A stretch of 64,000 nucleotides of DNA from Escherichia phage DCP80: the sequence record PQ671644.1; one strand, 5' to 3'. Shown piece by piece: positions 1-8,759 of this stretch. The notes below the pieces were generated by a model. The model was not told the DNA's origin. It did not search any database and saw only the letters and a program-made list of their open reading frames with translations. The position numbers were made by a program, and so were the translations under genes. How positions within the stretch are numbered: the first letter of the stretch is position 1; each line of letters starts with the position of its first letter.

Positions 1-111
1 TGTTCATAATTTTCTCTTTGTGTTTGGTTGATATGATAATGATACACCCTTTTGATGAGGTTGTAAACCCCTTATTGCAAATACATCTGGCATTGAAACA
101 AATAAATGCCA
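1..111. repeat. Exact direct repeat of 30600-30710 (terminal overlap of block 1)
   Basis: Bases 1-111 match 30600-30710, which are followed directly by an N-run. Confidence 0.8.
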
Positions 112-198
112 AATGACAATTGGTAAAACACCAGATGATGAACTGCAACAAATGGTATCTGATTACAAGTGCTTGATTTATAACAAACAGGAAACACC

Positions 199-232
199 AG
201 GTACATCTGGCATTGAAACAAATAAATGCCAG
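199..232. repeat. Perfect hairpin, 12-bp stem ACATCTGGCATT/AATGCCAGATGT with 10-nt loop; partial copy at 84-112
   Basis: Read directly from sequence; not followed by a T-run. Confidence 0.7.
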
Positions 233-715
233 ATGTATGCCAAATGTAATTTCTGCGGACTGTTGATAGTAATTCTTGTTTAGAAAAAACCCATGCAGAT
301 TAATAGTTTAGAGAGCAAAAACAAGCCTTTCAAAAACAGTCACTCGGCTGCAAAACCCTTACTTAATAAGTCAACACCTGGTTCCGCCTTCGGCGTCACT
401 AATACTGCCACTCAATAAAAATCATAAGCGCAGCGACTAAGACAGGGCGTAGCCCGTGCCGAAGGCCTATTGCATGTACTAAGAACAATCAAAACAATAC
501 TGATTAATAATTGTAATGAGCCTTCGGCCACTCACTTCGTTCGTGATTATGATTTGATTAATTGATTACTAGATACAACTTGTATTGATAACAAATTGCT
601 TGTAGAATTGATTCTAAGAAGGTTTTAGATGAGACTAGTAGATTTTACTAGCATTAGAAGATTAGAAGCCCTACGGGCTCCGCAGGAGCTATATGATACT
701 AGTAAGAATCATCAA

Positions 716-1010
716 TACAATTATCATTCGCTTCGCTCATGAGTTTCACATTTTATCTTCTGTGATTGATTGTTCTTAGTAGTAATGAATCTTGTTAGAA
801 CCATTATAACATGTAAATCTTAAAGCAAATAACAAACGCTTTAAATCTTAGTAGTATTAATGAGAACAATTATCATTCGCTTCGCTCATGAGTTTTACAT
901 TTCTTTTTTGTTGATTTGTTAATGATGATTCTTAGTAACCTTGTAGAACCATTATAACATGTAATTTTTGAAGCAATAAAGATTGGATTGTTCTTAGTAG
1001 TATCAATTAG
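716..1010. repeat. Two diverged tandem copies of a ~150-bp unit (about 716-865 and 871-1010)
   Basis: Both copies share AATTATCATTCGCTTCGCTCATGAGTTT and GAACCATTATAACATGTAA blocks. Confidence 0.65.
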
Positions 1011-1259
1011 CACCTGCGGTGCGCCTTCGGCATAGAATTTTTAAAGTCAATTTTATTAGAAGTTTTTACAAGCTATTGATTTGATTAGTATTAATTAATC
1101 ATCTTGTGTTGAAATTGCTGTTGTAAGTTATTGATTTGATTGATGAATTTAAAAACTGATAAAAATATATCAAAAAGGTAAGACGTGTGTCTTAGTGTAC
1201 CAAAATGTGAAGGCCCGAAGGGACTGAACTGTCATCATGTTGTTGAAATTTGATGCTGT

Positions 1260-1267
1260 TATAAATA
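1260..1267 (+). promoter_or_regulatory. T4-type late promoter TATAAATA
   Basis: GTTATAAATAAATAAAAAGAGG then ATG at 1287. Confidence 0.6.
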
Positions 1268-1286
1268 AATAAAAAGAGGAAACACA

Positions 1287-1469
1287 ATGGATATCAAAAA
1301 ACTTTCTGAAGTTGCATTAGGTAAATGGAATCACCCAGCACCGCGGGTGTCAAAGTACGAAACGGATTTGCTGATAAATTCTGTGATGGATTATCTGTCG
1401 TACAGAGGTATCAAGCATGAAGAAATTCATGTTCAACGTTTGAAGAAATTCTTTGAAGGTAAAAAATGA
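1287..1469 (+). CDS. Hypothetical protein, first gene of late packaging operon
   Basis: 60-aa ORF with SD AGAGGA, late promoter upstream, stop overlaps next start (ATGA). Confidence 0.4.
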   Translation: MDIKKLSEVALGKWNHPAPRVSKYETDLLINSVMDYLSYRGIKHEEIHVQRLKKFFEGKK

Positions 1470-1744
1470 AATTTTATATCTACGATTACAAAAACCAATT
1501 AAGAACCAACCAGATTGTTCGTACTGGTGATTTGAACCATCAGAACCCTAACGTTTATTCAATCAAGATATACGGTACGAAAACACAACTTGAACAAAAT
1601 CCGGACCAGCTAATCAAAGCTGCTCTGCGTCGTATCAGCGAACAATTCGTAGATACAACTTACATCATTCCTGAGGTTGAAATCCAGATAACTGGTGGAT
1701 TGAAATCTTATGCTGAAATTTTTGTGAGGACTTATGAACATTGA
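1466..1744 (+). CDS. Hypothetical protein upstream of terminase
   Basis: 92-aa ORF translationally coupled to flanking genes. Confidence 0.4.
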   Translation: MKFYIYDYKNQLRTNQIVRTGDLNHQNPNVYSIKIYGTKTQLEQNPDQLIKAALRRISEQFVDTTYIIPEVEIQITGGLKSYAEIFVRTYEH

Positions 1745-3716
1745 AGAAAATTTGAGTGTTGAATTCCCTGAAGAAGTTGAACAAGAACAATTCAACCCTG
1801 TAGTTGAACGTATGAAAATTAAAAACATAATCCAGAGAGTATCAAAGTATATCAAAGCTCCTGAAGTGTGTAAGCCATCAGAATGGGTTGAGCGTAATTT
1901 GTATTTCCCTGATGGTCCGATGGCTAACCAACCGATGAAGCTTGATAACTTCCAGAAGGGAATGATTGATTCCATCAACGAAGGCAAGGTTAAAATTATT
2001 TTCATGACCTCCGCACAGATAGGAAAGACAACTGTTCTTAATGGTATGTTGTTCTGGAAATCTGCAATCGAAGGTGGAAACGTTGGTATCGCACAGGCAA
2101 CAGGCAAGGAAGTGTCTAACTGGTTGAACAGTAAGATAAGACCAATGATTGAAGTCTCCCCTGTTATGAAAGACCTGGTTGCGTCAAAAGCTGACCGTGA
2201 TAAATCAAACAACGAATCACGTATCGACCTTATGAACGGTGGTACATGGTTCATGATGTCATTAGGTTCCCCTACGCACCTGCGTGGTAAGACATTACCA
2301 ATGATTCTGATGGACGAAGTTGAAGGCGCAGAAGAATCTGAAGAAGGTTCTCCTATTAACCTGGCTGCCAAACGTGCAACGACTTTCCAGGACGAAGCGA
2401 GATTGATTATTTGCTCAACGCCAAATACGAAGTACGGTCCTATCAATAAAGAATTCGAAGCTTCTGATAAACGATACTTCATGGTTGATTGCCCCCATTG
2501 TGGTCATAATCACAGGATTACGTTTAAAGAGTGTATTAAATTCAATATGATACGTGAACAAGGTAAAGAGATTCCTGATGTTGATTCAGCTGTTCAAATC
2601 TGTCCTTCATGTGAACAGACCATAACAGATATCCAACGTACACGTATGATTCATAACGGTAAATGGGTAGCAACTAATCCAAACTCAAGCTCCATTGGAT
2701 TCCATATCTCTGCTCTTTATTCTCCGCGAAACTCCGTAAAAGGAATCGTGGAAGAGTATAAACAAGCGAGAGCATCGTTTGATGTTAAAAGTTTTTACAA
2801 CACAGTTCTGGGTGAACCATGGTCTGACGGAAACGAAAACATTGAGCTGCATGTTATTGATTCATTAAGAGAACCTATTGGATTGGAAAACATACCTGAT
2901 GATGTGTTGTTCTTAACAGCGGGCGTTGACCAACAGAAAGACCGTTTAGAAATTACAATCTTCGGTCACACAAAACATAAGCTGTACGTATTATCACACA
3001 AATCCATCCACGGACAGAACCTTGAATTGCATAACGACCCGGCATACAAAGGACTATATAATTACATAAGATTACCGTTCACAACTTGTACAGGTCGTAA
3101 GTTGACATTAGCACGAGTTAACATGGACTCCGGTAACGGTCGAGCAACGAAGGTAATTTATTCTTTTGCGCAGAAATGGAACAATATAAAGCCTATCAAA
3201 GGTGCATCAAAAGTTGAAGCTCCGTTTATTCCACCAAAATCTTCAACATCAGGTGGTTATGAATTATGGATGATTGGTGTTAACGAAGGCAAAAACAAAG
3301 TTCGTGAAATTCTTGCATCAAACATAAATGAGGCTGATACTCCTGAACTGGAATTGTCATTGTCTGATGATTTACCTGATGATTATGCTGAACAGTTGTT
3401 ATCAGAAGAAGTTGTCAAATCTGGTACAGCCAGACGCTGGGTAATCAGAAAAGGTGGTGGCCGAAATGAGTGCCTTGATACGTTTGTTTACGGATTAGCT
3501 GCTAGATTTCAAGTACTTAATACAAGTAATTGGGGATTCTGGGAAAAACTGAAAGACAAGAATGAAAAAACTGAGCAAATATCTCAAGAAGAAATTGATG
3601 AATCGGTAGAAACAGGTGTTGTTAACTATGTTGATATTAAACCTGAGAAACCAAAAGTTCAAAGACCACAACGTCCGCAAAGACCAAGGCCAACAACACA
3701 AAGAAGGAGATTCTAA
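1734..3716 (+). CDS. Terminase large subunit, lambda gpA-like
   Basis: 660 aa; CPHCGH...CPSC zinc motif, TAGVDQQKDRLE nuclease region and C-terminal FVYGLAA recalled from lambda gpA. Confidence 0.8.
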   Translation: MNIEENLSVEFPEEVEQEQFNPVVERMKIKNIIQRVSKYIKAPEVCKPSEWVERNLYFPDGPMANQPMKLDNFQKGMIDSINEGKVKIIFMTSAQIGKTTVLNGMLFWKSAIEGGNVGIAQATGKEVSNWLNSKIRPMIEVSPVMKDLVASKADRDKSNNESRIDLMNGGTWFMMSLGSPTHLRGKTLPMILMDEVEGAEESEEGSPINLAAKRATTFQDEARLIICSTPNTKYGPINKEFEASDKRYFMVDCPHCGHNHRITFKECIKFNMIREQGKEIPDVDSAVQICPSCEQTITDIQRTRMIHNGKWVATNPNSSSIGFHISALYSPRNSVKGIVEEYKQARASFDVKSFYNTVLGEPWSDGNENIELHVIDSLREPIGLENIPDDVLFLTAGVDQQKDRLEITIFGHTKHKLYVLSHKSIHGQNLELHNDPAYKGLYNYIRLPFTTCTGRKLTLARVNMDSGNGRATKVIYSFAQKWNNIKPIKGASKVEAPFIPPKSSTSGGYELWMIGVNEGKNKVREILASNINEADTPELELSLSDDLPDDYAEQLLSEEVVKSGTARRWVIRKGGGRNECLDTFVYGLAARFQVLNTSNWGFWEKLKDKNEKTEQISQEEIDESVETGVVNYVDIKPEKPKVQRPQRPQRPRPTTQRRRF

Positions 3717-4201
3717 TGGCTGAAATTACAAATCCCGATGTTACCTTATACATCGGTTCTGAACTAACTGTTACTATCAAGGGCTCCCATGGGGCCTTTG
3801 GACGTAATGACGGTGAAACATATGGTTTAGAAAACGGTATAAATAAAATCAATACAGACAATCTGACACCAGGTGTTTACACGTTAGTTGATTATGCTGA
3901 TACAATTGAATTCACACGTTATGCTGTGAAATCTCCGTTCGGTAAACAATCTCAACTTGAACAAATTAAAGAAATGATTCGCGCAATCAGAGCTTGTTTG
4001 TTAGCACGTGTGAACGGTGATGATGCATATCTTCAAAGCATGGCTTCAGATGGTTATACATTTGCTTATGCTTCTGTCATGGAGCTTGAAGAATTGTTAT
4101 CTGCAAACGAACGCAGATTAGCAAGAGCCAAACAAGCAGATGACATTAAGAAAGGTAAATCACCTATGAGAACAATTAAAGCGAGGTTCCGTCATGCTTA
4201 A
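3716..4201 (+). CDS. Head-module protein of unknown function (at lambda W position)
   Basis: 161-aa ORF between terminase and portal, overlapping both. Confidence 0.35.
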   Translation: MAEITNPDVTLYIGSELTVTIKGSHGAFGRNDGETYGLENGINKINTDNLTPGVYTLVDYADTIEFTRYAVKSPFGKQSQLEQIKEMIRAIRACLLARVNGDDAYLQSMASDGYTFAYASVMELEELLSANERRLARAKQADDIKKGKSPMRTIKARFRHA

Positions 4202-5735
4202 TCCATTTAAAGTCTTCAAAAGAAATGGTATAAATAAAGCTATTAAAAAGAAACAACGTGATGAACAAAAATTACGAATCATCAACGATTCACCACGAAG
4301 TCAAATTCGTGCTCTGGCTGTACAGTCTTCACGTTTAACAGAAACATTTGAACAAGATATGATTCGCGGTTCTATTAACCCTGCGATTCGTCTTGGAAAT
4401 CAGGCTTTAATGGACCAGGCCCAAACAATGGCTGTACAATCTGTTTACGGTAAAAAAGCTGTTCAATACAGTATCGACCAGGTTGTTGGTGCAGAGGGAA
4501 TTCTGCCTATGCCGATTGTTATGAAAAATAAAGAACTTGATGAAGCACTGAACGATGAAATCAGTTATGAATTTGATAAGTGGGCACGTAAAGCTTCTAA
4601 ATTTTCAACCAACGGACAAATGAACTTCCGTCAATTCCAACAGCAAATGGAAGCATCAAGATTTATTTTTGGTGAAGCTTTTGCGATTATCGAAGAAGAT
4701 GATTATGGAATTCGTGTTGAGGTAATTTCTCCGCAACGTTGTCGAATGAATTATTCCGAAAAGACCAAAGAAGGTAACTATATCATCGATTCAATCGAGT
4801 ATACCCCTAGTGGTCGCCCTGTAGCTTATTATTTTGAAATTCTTGACGTAATGGCAAACGATTCCATCACTGGTAATAAATTCCGTGTTGATGCTGATGA
4901 TTGTTTCCACTATTTCAAACCAAACGTTCCAGGACAACGACGTGGGATTTCTGAATTCGCACCTGTTATTAAAGAGTTGAACCAGTTGGATGAATTTACG
5001 TTTTCTACAATCGTTCAAAAACGTATGGCTTCTAACAGCATGGGATTCATTACAACAGATGCAAACGGTCACGATTCAATTGATATTGAAATGGACGATG
5101 AAGCTGATGATGTTTATCAAGAGCCGGATATTATCCAAGAATTTGAAGCTGGTACGATGCACCAGTTAGCCGCTGGTCAAGACATTAAACAAATTACAGC
5201 AACACAAGGAGCTGATGATTATGTCGCGTTTAACTCCGCTATGGAATCAAAAATCGCAATGGGTTTTGGATTCTTTAAACAGGGTTTTCTTGGTGATACC
5301 AGTTCAATTAACTATTCCTCTGCTCGATTTGGTGATGCACAGCAACGTAATATGATTAAATCAACACAATCAACTTTGCGTGAATCTGTTCTGGAACCAT
5401 TATATGAGCGTTGGCTTGAGTGGATGTATATGCAAGGGAAATTGGTCAAATCAGACCGAATGGTTGAGTTTATTGCAGTTAATACAGATTGGATTTATCC
5501 TAAATCTGAGAGCATCGACCCAATGAAAGACCTTGATATCGAGATTAAAGCCGTTGAAGCTGGTATGCGCACCCGTCGTGATGCAATTACAAGACTTGGT
5601 GGTGACGATGTTGATGCAACTTTTGCTGGTATCGAAGCTGAACAAGGTTTACGCGTTCCGAAGAATGAACAACAGTTGGCTGCAGTATCTGCTCCTGCAG
5701 AAATCGCCGCCGGGGTCTCCGAAGAAGGTGTATAA
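4194..5735 (+). CDS. Portal protein, lambda gpB-like
   Basis: 513 aa, position directly after terminase; size and sequence character of lambda-family portals. Confidence 0.75.
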   Translation: MLNPFKVFKRNGINKAIKKKQRDEQKLRIINDSPRSQIRALAVQSSRLTETFEQDMIRGSINPAIRLGNQALMDQAQTMAVQSVYGKKAVQYSIDQVVGAEGILPMPIVMKNKELDEALNDEISYEFDKWARKASKFSTNGQMNFRQFQQQMEASRFIFGEAFAIIEEDDYGIRVEVISPQRCRMNYSEKTKEGNYIIDSIEYTPSGRPVAYYFEILDVMANDSITGNKFRVDADDCFHYFKPNVPGQRRGISEFAPVIKELNQLDEFTFSTIVQKRMASNSMGFITTDANGHDSIDIEMDDEADDVYQEPDIIQEFEAGTMHQLAAGQDIKQITATQGADDYVAFNSAMESKIAMGFGFFKQGFLGDTSSINYSSARFGDAQQRNMIKSTQSTLRESVLEPLYERWLEWMYMQGKLVKSDRMVEFIAVNTDWIYPKSESIDPMKDLDIEIKAVEAGMRTRRDAITRLGGDDVDATFAGIEAEQGLRVPKNEQQLAAVSAPAEIAAGVSEEGV

Positions 5736-5738
5736 ATA
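5731..5738 (+). promoter_or_regulatory. T4-type late promoter TATAAATA
   Basis: GTGTATAAATAAAGG about 50 nt upstream of ATG 5789. Confidence 0.6.
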
Positions 5739-5788
5739 AAGGTATAACGGGACTTCTAACGAGGTCCCAAAAAATAAGGACAAAAACA

Positions 5789-7789
5789 ATGTCGCAAACA
5801 ATCAGATTAAAACGTGAAATTTCTGTAGAGAAAATTCAGGCTGATGAAGACGGGATTTATGAAATTGCATTTTCTTCTGAAACCCCTGTTGAACGTCAGA
5901 TTGATACTCGTCACGGTCCACAAATTGTGAATGAAATTCTCATGCACACAGGTCCGGAAAACGCAGATTTAGAGCGTATAAATAATAATGCAAGCTTGCT
6001 GTTTAACCACAATTTCGACAACCATTTAGGTGTTGTTGTTCCTGGTTCAGTACGTATTGACAATGATAAAGTTGGCCGCGCTAAAGTAAAATTTTCAAGC
6101 GTTGGACAATTAGCACAAGAGATTAAAGCCAAGGTCGATGAAGGCACAATCTCAAAAATTTCGTTTGGATACGACATTAACGAGTATGATGTTGTTGGTG
6201 ATGACATGCTTGTTTCTCGTTGGGCACCATATGAAATTTCTTTCGTCACTGTCCCGGCAGATGATAAGGTTGGCCTCGGCCGCAGTATAAATAATATTGT
6301 AATTAACACAAATAAGGAAAAACGAATGAAACGTTACGAAGATTTTGAAATTGAAGACATCGTTGAACTGTCACGTGAAGAACTCGCTGATATGACAATC
6401 GCTGAAATCGAAGCCCTGGCTGAAGATGTACGTGCTAAGCGTGAAGAATTGCTTGACGAAGTTGAAGACGCTGAGAAAGAAGAAAAAGTTACCGATGAAG
6501 AAGATGCTGACTACGACAAAGCTGAAGGCAAAGATGCAGAAGCTAAAGTTGAAGATAAAAAAGCCGAAGGCATCGAAGACGAACTCACTGCTGAAGAGCG
6601 TGAAGAAGAAATCATCGAAATTGAAGAAATCGCTGAACGATACAAAATCGGTCGCGGAGAAGTTCGCAAAGCCATCGCAAGTGGCATGACTGCTCGTCAG
6701 TTCAAACGTTCTATTAAACCATCTAAAAACAAAAAGGAAATTCGTACTATGACTACCTCTATCGCTAAAGATACCCAGAAAAACCTCGAAGCTCGTTTTG
6801 ACCTGGCTGAAGTAACCCGTTCACTTGCTGCTGGTAAAGACATTAAAGGCGCTGCTGCTGAGTACTCTCAGGAAATGACTCGTAAACGTCAGAACGCAGG
6901 TCGTGACATTAACGGTCGTGCATATATCCCGGTAAGTGCTCTGCAAGGTCAGCGCGCAGTAAACACCGTTCCTACCGTTGCAAATATCGAACAGCACTAC
7001 GTTGATTACAACAGCTTTGTTGAATTGCTGCTCAAACCAACTGTAATTGGTAAACTGGGTGTTAACTTCCAGACCGGTCTGACCACTCCTTACGATGTAC
7101 CGAAACAAACTTCCAGCTCTGTTGATGCGTTTGGTTTCGTTGCTGAAAACGGTGACTCTCCTGAAGGCGAAAGCGGATTTGACATCATCAAATTCATGCC
7201 GCACACCTTTACTGGTGGTAACCCGATTTCTCGTCAGGCTCTTAACACCATGCCTAACCTGGCAAGCTTCATCTCTAACCACATCGTAGAACAATCTCGT
7301 TCTAAGATTCAAGGTCTGATGTTTGGTTCTGCTACTGACCCGGTTGCTTCTGGTGCTAACGCTCCGCAGAGCATCATCGCTCAGTTGGTTGCTAAGCAGA
7401 TTGGTATGACCTACAAAGAATTCGTTACCCTGGCTGCTGAAGCTGAAGGTAAAGGCGTTGCAATGGACCGCTTCAAGTATCTGATTGCTTCTGCACTTGG
7501 TGGTGAACTGAAATCCACTCTGCGTGATGCTGCTGTTGCTGGTTACATCATCGATGATGAAAACCGTATCGGTGGTCATGATGTAGTTACCTCTGGTCTG
7601 GTTAAACCTGGTCAGATTCTGTCTGGTGACTTCTCTGCAATCACTGTTGCTGAATGGGAAGGTCTGGCACTGGATATGGACGACACGACCTATCGTAACA
7701 AAGGCGCTATCGTTCCGCGTGTTTGGTGTGATATCGATTGGAAAGTTACTGCTGACGACCGTCTGTTCTTGTTCGAAAAGACAGCATAA
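5789..7789 (+). CDS. Fused prohead protease (HK97/S78-like) - acidic scaffold - major capsid protein
   Basis: N-terminus has LLFNHNFDNHLG and ISFVTVPADDKV motifs like HK97 gp4; central acidic coiled coil; C-terminal ~330 aa capsid-like. Confidence 0.7.
   Translation: MSQTIRLKREISVEKIQADEDGIYEIAFSSETPVERQIDTRHGPQIVNEILMHTGPENADLERINNNASLLFNHNFDNHLGVVVPGSVRIDNDKVGRAKVKFSSVGQLAQEIKAKVDEGTISKISFGYDINEYDVVGDDMLVSRWAPYEISFVTVPADDKVGLGRSINNIVINTNKEKRMKRYEDFEIEDIVELSREELADMTIAEIEALAEDVRAKREELLDEVEDAEKEEKVTDEEDADYDKAEGKDAEAKVEDKKAEGIEDELTAEEREEEIIEIEEIAERYKIGRGEVRKAIASGMTARQFKRSIKPSKNKKEIRTMTTSIAKDTQKNLEARFDLAEVTRSLAAGKDIKGAAAEYSQEMTRKRQNAGRDINGRAYIPVSALQGQRAVNTVPTVANIEQHYVDYNSFVELLLKPTVIGKLGVNFQTGLTTPYDVPKQTSSSVDAFGFVAENGDSPEGESGFDIIKFMPHTFTGGNPISRQALNTMPNLASFISNHIVEQSRSKIQGLMFGSATDPVASGANAPQSIIAQLVAKQIGMTYKEFVTLAAEAEGKGVAMDRFKYLIASALGGELKSTLRDAAVAGYIIDDENRIGGHDVVTSGLVKPGQILSGDFSAITVAEWEGLALDMDDTTYRNKGAIVPRVWCDIDWKVTADDRLFLFEKTA
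6286..6293 (+). promoter_or_regulatory. Internal TATAAATA late promoter inside the protease-capsid ORF
   Basis: TATAAATA then AAGGAAAAACGA-ATG, in frame, at about 6326. Confidence 0.5.
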
Positions 7790-7904
7790 ACCTAATGGAG
7801 AGAGCAATCTCTCCTATGAGTTTGGGCGCAGAAGCTCTTGATGCCGCTCCGGTTAAAAAAAGCAAGAGCGCGTCGGGTTAAATCTACTGACTAACAAACT
7901 ATAA

Positions 7905-7929
7905 GGGAGCCTTCGGGTTCCCTTTTTTG
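7905..7929 (+). terminator. Rho-independent terminator, UUCG tetraloop
   Basis: GGGAGCCTTCGGGTTCCC followed by TTTTTT. Confidence 0.7.
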
Positions 7930-7930
7930 T

Positions 7931-7938
7931 TATAAATA
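7931..7938 (+). promoter_or_regulatory. T4-type late promoter TATAAATA
   Basis: GTTATAAATAAGGTAAAGGAGAAATT-ATG (7955). Confidence 0.65.
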
Positions 7939-7954
7939 AGGTAAAGGAGAAATT

Positions 7955-8350
7955 ATGGAAATAAAAGATTCATCTACAACCAAATTTGTCCAGGAAGCAG
8001 TATTGATTTCTAATAAATCATATGGTCAACGTCGTTTTAACAGTTTCACTCAGAAAGAACAATCATTGTTCACCAAAAAGATGGGGCTTAAAACACGTGT
8101 TAGAGATAACTTTGCACCTGAAACGATTGAAGAAATAAACGCAATCTGGCGTGAACAACGAGAAGACACCGACCTTTCTGTTGGTAGTATGATTTATATC
8201 TTGATAGACGAAGATGATTTCTTTTTCTGGCGCGAGTATGAATCACCTGAAGGAAAATGGTATAAAGCTGGTAATACCACCAAATCTTATAACGGTATGC
8301 TCCGTGTAGAATTATCAATAGGGGAAGCAGATGGCAAGTTCAATTATTAA
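7955..8350 (+). CDS. Hypothetical head-tail joining module protein
   Basis: 131-aa ORF with late promoter and SD GGAG. Confidence 0.35.
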   Translation: MEIKDSSTTKFVQEAVLISNKSYGQRRFNSFTQKEQSLFTKKMGLKTRVRDNFAPETIEEINAIWREQREDTDLSVGSMIYILIDEDDFFFWREYESPEGKWYKAGNTTKSYNGMLRVELSIGEADGKFNY

Positions 8351-8753
8351 TTATCCACCGTTGAGCGTTAAAAAAGGCCTCGAAACTGTTATGAAACAAA
8401 TTGGTATCAAAGTTAACGTTGATTCTTATAAAGCTGATGTTAATGATGAAATCCAAGGTGTAGTAATGGGAATTCAATCCGAGTATCAAGAGCCAACTCC
8501 TATGCAGAAACACCAATTTGTTGACCTGACAGTTAACGTTGGATTGTTTACCAAACGTGATGCATTGCTGTTAGCCGAAGCCGCTGAAGAAATTAAGAAA
8601 ATCGATTTTGCACAAAAACCTTATAATGATTTGGTTGATTTCAAAGTTAACCGCATGTGGGTGTCTTCTGATACGATTGATTTCAGCGAAACAGATTCCG
8701 ATGGTAACGTACAAGCGATAATCATTTTCAATATCCAATACCTCAAAATTTAA
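8331..8753 (+). CDS. Hypothetical head-tail joining module protein
   Basis: 140-aa ORF, coupled to neighbours. Confidence 0.35.
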   Translation: MASSIINYPPLSVKKGLETVMKQIGIKVNVDSYKADVNDEIQGVVMGIQSEYQEPTPMQKHQFVDLTVNVGLFTKRDALLLAEAAEEIKKIDFAQKPYNDLVDFKVNRMWVSSDTIDFSETDSDGNVQAIIIFNIQYLKI

Positions 8754-8759
8754 GGAGCT

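Noticed and set aside
112-1286. CRISPR array or tRNA cluster in the long non-coding region
   Set aside because: Only two diverged ~150-bp units, no short regular repeat-spacer periodicity, no cas genes, and no canonical tRNA T-arm (GGTTCGAnTCC-like) or cloverleaf seen by eye.
1610-2482. 290-aa minus-strand ORF inside the terminase gene
   Set aside because: Antisense shadow ORF fully inside a well-supported coding region; low-complexity Ser-rich translation.
6426-6689. Lys-rich 87-aa ORF in an alternative frame of the scaffold region
   Set aside because: Frame artefact of the GAA/GAT-rich acidic scaffold coding sequence.
6821-7807. 328-aa minus-strand ORF inside the capsid region
   Set aside because: Antisense shadow of the capsid domain; no start context, Ser/Thr/Arg-rich.
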